Shown one piece after another: positions 60,510 to 64,000 of a DNA stretch of 64,000 nucleotides (positions within the stretch are counted from its first letter, which is position 1; each line of letters opens with the position of its first letter). Made by a program: the position numbers and the translations under genes. The stretch comes from a virus (lineage: Duplodnaviria > Caudoviricetes), in IMG/VR virus record IMGVR_UViG_2609460327_000001, positions 128,001 through 192,000 of that record; one strand, given 5' to 3'. The notes beneath the pieces were generated by a model that saw nothing but the letters and a program-made list of their open reading frames with translations, was not told the DNA's origin and did no database searches.

Positions 60510-60698
60510 ATGGCTTACGAAAATGCAATCCGCTGCCTCGAAGAACGGATCGGTGTATATCGCCGGATGAGAGATCGACATATGAGAACGAGCTATAACA
60601 TAAACACAAGGATTGGAGAAATGGAATCAGCAGTTCGCGTCCTTAAAACAGCTCAGAGTAGACAAGAAAAATTTGAGAAAGTCAGCCAGAAGCAATAG
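60510..60698 (+). CDS. small hypothetical protein
   Basis: RBS AGGAGG. Confidence 0.55.
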   Translation: MAYENAIRCLEERIGVYRRMRDRHMRTSYNINTRIGEMESAVRVLKTAQSRQEKFEKVSQKQ

Positions 60699-60714
60699 TC
60701 CAGGAGGACCGCCT

Positions 60715-60924
60715 GTGGAGTTAATGAAAAAGTATTATGAGCGCTGCGGCGTGATTAATGATCCGCCTAAGAAGCCAAGAGTAGTAGTAAGTGAGAAGGC
60801 TTTCAATTGCCTTCATGGCGGACAGGGATATGACTTAATAAGGGAAGCTGTTGAACTAGAAGTCGAAAGACGCATTCGGCTACAAGAAGCTCACTTAAAA
60901 GCGTTCAACTCGTTATTTAGATAG
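60715..60924 (+). CDS. small hypothetical protein with MELMKKY leader
   Basis: GTG 60715 with RBS AGGAGG at 60702-07. Confidence 0.6.
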   Translation: MELMKKYYERCGVINDPPKKPRVVVSEKAFNCLHGGQGYDLIREAVELEVERRIRLQEAHLKAFNSLFR

Positions 60925-60939
60925 AAAGGAGTCATCACT

Positions 60940-61272
60940 ATGGAACTTATGCAGGAATACAGAAAGAGATTTAGACAATCAACTGCTGCGGAAATCCTGG
61001 AAAGAATTAAGTCAAGCGGAATAATCGAAGGAAGAATGAAAAGAAGTAATGAATATGGAAAAAATCTGTTTGAAGAAGAGATTCAAGCTGAACTTGAAAG
61101 AACCCTAACTAGAAGAGTGAGTGATGCTATTGAAGTTCCATATGTAGGCATGCCGAATAATGAGTTAAATAGACAAAGACTAACGGGCGAAGTGCAGAGA
61201 ACGCTTGAAGATCTAAGAGGGGGAAACCTGCGTGGAACTATTCCGCCCGTATTTAAAACGTCACGTCTATGA
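60940..61272 (+). CDS. hypothetical protein with MELMQEY leader
   Basis: RBS AAAGGAG. Confidence 0.6.
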   Translation: MELMQEYRKRFRQSTAAEILERIKSSGIIEGRMKRSNEYGKNLFEEEIQAELERTLTRRVSDAIEVPYVGMPNNELNRQRLTGEVQRTLEDLRGGNLRGTIPPVFKTSRL

Positions 61273-61537
61273 CAACATGGGAGTCAGTAATATGGTTTCT
61301 GAAATCGCAAATGAAACGTTAAGAGATATGCAATATCTTATGCTGACTCCCGAAAACCTACAGATCATGGGCAAAGAGATATCAAAGAGGGCAGCAGGAA
61401 GGTTGTCTGGTCTTATGGATGACAAGCTTTACTTCGATGTTATGGTTGTATTGGGTCAAAACAATAGCGCGAATTTAATATGGGATATTCGGGATTGGGA
61501 AGGCAGAGCTGTAGAGGTAGAAAGGTTGATACCATGA
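61232..61537 (+). CDS. hypothetical protein with MELFRPY leader
   Basis: GTG with RBS GAGGGGG; overlaps the previous gene by 41 nt. Confidence 0.55.
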   Translation: MELFRPYLKRHVYDNMGVSNMVSEIANETLRDMQYLMLTPENLQIMGKEISKRAAGRLSGLMDDKLYFDVMVVLGQNNSANLIWDIRDWEGRAVEVERLIP

Positions 61538-62277
61538 CTGAAATTACAATAGAACAGCTGTACGATTTTAAAACCTGCCCCTTGCAATATAAGTTTACAA
61601 ATATCGATAAACTGCCTCGCTTAAAGACAGAGGAAAGCAAGGGGCTTCGTGAAGTTATGCTGGCCACGATCAGCTATTATTATGTCAACCTTCATGAAGG
61701 TAAATTTCTTACACTGAGTCAGCTGAAGGATAAGTTTACAAGCCTTTGGTATGACAAAGATAAAATCTATAAGATCAAGTTCGACCAGAAGCAGAATCAG
61801 CGTAAGAAAGAGCTTGAGGCTTTCGGCATGCTGGCACTATTCCATCGACAGCAGCAGTACAACCCGGATAAGACCGTCGGTGTTAATGTGGACTTCCGAC
61901 TAAAGATCGATCCGGACTTTCATATTGTGGGGCGTATTCCTGTGATCAGGGAAACGCCAGGCGGTAAACATGAGATCGTAAACTTTCAAACAAGAGTACA
62001 GCGCCCCACCGAGTTCTATCAGCGGACAGATATGGGCATCACACTACAGGCATTAGCTTTTCATTCAATGTACAGAAAAGAAGTAGATACGTATGTATTG
62101 CATCATTTAAAGACCTCTCAGTCCATCTATGTAGATCGGAAGCGTGCAGACTATCAAAGACTGTATAAGTCAGCTCGAATGCTTAAGAAGTCGATGGACG
62201 AAGGCTGGTACTACCCTCGGGAAGGTTTCCACTGTGATAGCTGCCCGACTCAAAAATATTGCATGGAGTGGCGCTAA
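61534..62277 (+). CDS. Cas4/AddB-like PD-(D/E)xK-fold protein with 4-Cys Fe-S motif, catalytic residues substituted
   Basis: ATGA-coupled start. FKTCPLQYKF...GRIPVI...EIVNFQT...QALAF...CDSCPTQKYC. Confidence 0.7.
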   Translation: MTEITIEQLYDFKTCPLQYKFTNIDKLPRLKTEESKGLREVMLATISYYYVNLHEGKFLTLSQLKDKFTSLWYDKDKIYKIKFDQKQNQRKKELEAFGMLALFHRQQQYNPDKTVGVNVDFRLKIDPDFHIVGRIPVIRETPGGKHEIVNFQTRVQRPTEFYQRTDMGITLQALAFHSMYRKEVDTYVLHHLKTSQSIYVDRKRADYQRLYKSARMLKKSMDEGWYYPREGFHCDSCPTQKYCMEWR

Positions 62278-62639
62278 TGGAATTAATGAGAAGATATAGG
62301 CTAAATATCAGCGAAGCAGAGGAAAAAAGCAACGACCAAGTAATGAGACTGGCTGGAAATATCGTTTATGATGTATTAAAACGTCGTGTCATAATGGATC
62401 GCTTTGGCGGTCCCTCGGTAATAAATAGAGCAGATATGGAAAAAGAAATTTATGATAATTTACTGACCGCTGGTCTTGCTTATCATGTTCGTGTCTTAAT
62501 AAATAGGCAATATACTAACTGTCAGATTCGCTATATGAGATCCAAAAAAGCGGGAGATTTAACAGGCGTAATGGATGAACATGATCTTGAGCGATACAAG
62601 GAAGAAGGGATAGTTCCACCTCATGGAATTAGATGGTAG
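62277..62639 (+). CDS. hypothetical protein with MELMRRY leader
   Basis: TAATG coupling, RBS GGAG. Confidence 0.6.
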   Translation: MELMRRYRLNISEAEEKSNDQVMRLAGNIVYDVLKRRVIMDRFGGPSVINRADMEKEIYDNLLTAGLAYHVRVLINRQYTNCQIRYMRSKKAGDLTGVMDEHDLERYKEEGIVPPHGIRW

Positions 62640-62645
62640 AAGCCT

Positions 62646-62906
62646 ATGGAGATGATGAAAAGATATCAAGATCGTCATAGGAACGTGACAAAGGTTCCTA
62701 CGTCTACACCAAGAACGATAGGTATGGATCGGCCAAAGGGTACTATTGTGCATGAAGGAGTACGTCCACAAGGCAGAGGAACGAAGAAAGTAAACACATG
62801 TGGGTGGCCAGAAGAGGATAAAGCGTTTCGGAGATTTGGGTGGACAATGGTAGGGGTTGGCATACTCGTTATCATTTCGTTTATTGTTCAGAACTTGGGG
62901 GAGTAA
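62646..62906 (+). CDS. small protein with MEMMKRY leader and C-terminal TM helix
   Basis: FGWTMVGVGILVIISFIV. Confidence 0.6.
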   Translation: MEMMKRYQDRHRNVTKVPTSTPRTIGMDRPKGTIVHEGVRPQGRGTKKVNTCGWPEEDKAFRRFGWTMVGVGILVIISFIVQNLGE

Positions 62907-62910
62907 TCAT

Positions 62911-63405
62911 ATGGAGCTTTTGTCAAACTACCAGCAAAAGGTAAGGGATGAAATTAAAGATATATATTTAAGAGGACACAAGGGCACTGGGCAGATTATA
63001 GGTTGGAATATACCGGTGCCGGTTGATGTGAGAGAAGAGATAGAGCGAATATCCATACAACCTGCGACTATTCTTCAGGACCCTGGAAGTGTTACGTATA
63101 TACCGGAAGAAATACGCAACTGGCAAGATCTACTCGAAGAAGAGCAGCGTCGTTCCGGGGATTCCGACATTGTAGATTATAGTCGAGAAGCTGAGAGAAT
63201 ATTCGAAGATAGAAGGCTTGAGGATGCTAGGCGACGGGCGCAAGAAAGAGAAGAATTAGCAGCCAAAGCACTTGCTGACTTAGAAAAAGCTGCAAAGACA
63301 AGAGAAGCCACAAAAAAGAAAGAAGACCGAATATGGCGGATCACAATAGTTACAGGATCTTTATTGATATTATCATCAGTCATAAATGCATTTCTAAACT
63401 CATAA
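62911..63405 (+). CDS. protein with MELLSNY leader, coiled coil and C-terminal TM helix
   Basis: ATG 62911 after GGGGGAG; IWRITIVTGSLLILSSVINAFL. Confidence 0.6.
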   Translation: MELLSNYQQKVRDEIKDIYLRGHKGTGQIIGWNIPVPVDVREEIERISIQPATILQDPGSVTYIPEEIRNWQDLLEEEQRRSGDSDIVDYSREAERIFEDRRLEDARRRAQEREELAAKALADLEKAAKTREATKKKEDRIWRITIVTGSLLILSSVINAFLNS

Positions 63406-63420
63406 AAGGAGCGAATTAAT

Positions 63421-63789
63421 ATGTCAACAATAACAAGCAGCACCCGCAAAGAGTCTTTCGATCTGGTTAAACAGGATGTAGCAACTCGTCAGAACATCAT
63501 ACATAGCTTTCTTCTTCAATATGAAGATGGCTTAACAGCTAACGAAATTGCAGCTAAAATGTACGAGGCTGACCTCTTAAAAGGATGGGATCGCAATCTG
63601 GTTCATCCGAGACTAACAGAAATGACAATGTCCGGAAGAGTAAGAGTTGAAGAAAGAAGAAAATGCAGTATTACCGACCGATCTTGTGGAGTGTATATAG
63701 CTGTTACTGATGAAGAACTCCAGGCTTATATGGATCAAATCAAAGAACAAGACCTCTTTATAGATTTTTCACAAACTACTGAAAAGTAA
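63421..63789 (+). CDS. winged helix-turn-helix DNA-binding protein
   Basis: RQNIIHSFL..GLTANEIA...RNLVHPRLTEM...GRV...R.C..T.R pattern common in phage wHTH proteins. Confidence 0.65.
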   Translation: MSTITSSTRKESFDLVKQDVATRQNIIHSFLLQYEDGLTANEIAAKMYEADLLKGWDRNLVHPRLTEMTMSGRVRVEERRKCSITDRSCGVYIAVTDEELQAYMDQIKEQDLFIDFSQTTEK

Positions 63790-63791
63790 AA

Positions 63792-63805
63792 TGTAACGTG
63801 TTACA
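63792..63805. promoter_or_regulatory. palindromic operator TGTAACGTGTTACA
   Basis: Copy of the recurrent motif upstream of the subtilisin gene. Confidence 0.6.
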
Positions 63806-63848
63806 ATTATAGAAGATAGGATACAGGGTGAAAACATAGGAGGAAACT

Positions 63849-64000
63849 ATGAGTGACACCCAAACGGACTATAAAGTCGTCCAAACCCATGGCGCAGAGA
63901 TGCGCGATGACATTATTGATTGGGGCATTGAAGCCGTAAATGCACCCGATGTATGGAATACCACAACCGGTAAAGGAGTCAAAGTGGCTGTCCTTGATAC
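63849..64000 (+). CDS. S8 subtilisin-family serine protease, N-terminal part (3'-truncated); no signal peptide
   Basis: RBS AGGAGG; DWGIEAVNAPDVWNTTTGKGVKVAVLD contains the subtilase catalytic Asp motif. Confidence 0.8.
   Translation, partial: MSDTQTDYKVVQTHGAEMRDDIIDWGIEAVNAPDVWNTTTGKGVKVAVLD

Noticed and set aside
61534-62277. CRISPR-associated cas4 locus
   Set aside because: No other cas genes or array in the window; stand-alone phage Cas4-like fold.
1-64000. All minus-strand ORFs and nested alternative-frame ORFs in the track (e.g. 29790-30479, 48260-49024)
   Set aside because: They lie wholly within long + strand genes and show no recognisable motifs; most likely shadow ORFs.

Overview
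The window is a densely packed, entirely + strand, co-directional gene array from a large Bacillales phage, prophage or phage-like element (probably Paenibacillaceae-associated, contractile-tail type; host and morphotype are inferences). From 1 to about 44.6 kb it encodes virion structural and adsorption proteins. These include lectin-rich fibre/appendage proteins (F5/8-discoidin, LamG, C-type-lectin-like), a permuted papain amidase, a baseplate-wedge-like protein, two giant proteins with thrombospondin-C-like and PA14 domains, a vWA/HExxH protein, a set of five paralogous structural proteins and two holin-like genes. A strong terminator and a sigmaA-like promoter at about 44.6 kb start a replication/nucleotide-metabolism region: Rad52/Sak-like annealing protein, AEP primase, DnaB-like helicase, Tad2-like anti-Thoeris protein, NrdI plus class I ribonucleotide reductase, MazG-like pyrophosphatase, Cas4-like pseudo-nuclease, many small ORFs and a truncated subtilisin. 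Most notable observations: (1) nine otherwise unrelated ORFs share an N-terminal peptide M-(T)-E-[LM]-[MLF]-x-x-Y conserved at protein level; (2) a structured, switch-like element lies between the in-frame primase and helicase genes; (3) a TGTAA-YGYR-TTACA palindrome recurs at operon starts; (4) nested and split domain architectures occur in the virion proteins. All family calls come from motif recognition by eye, not from database searches.
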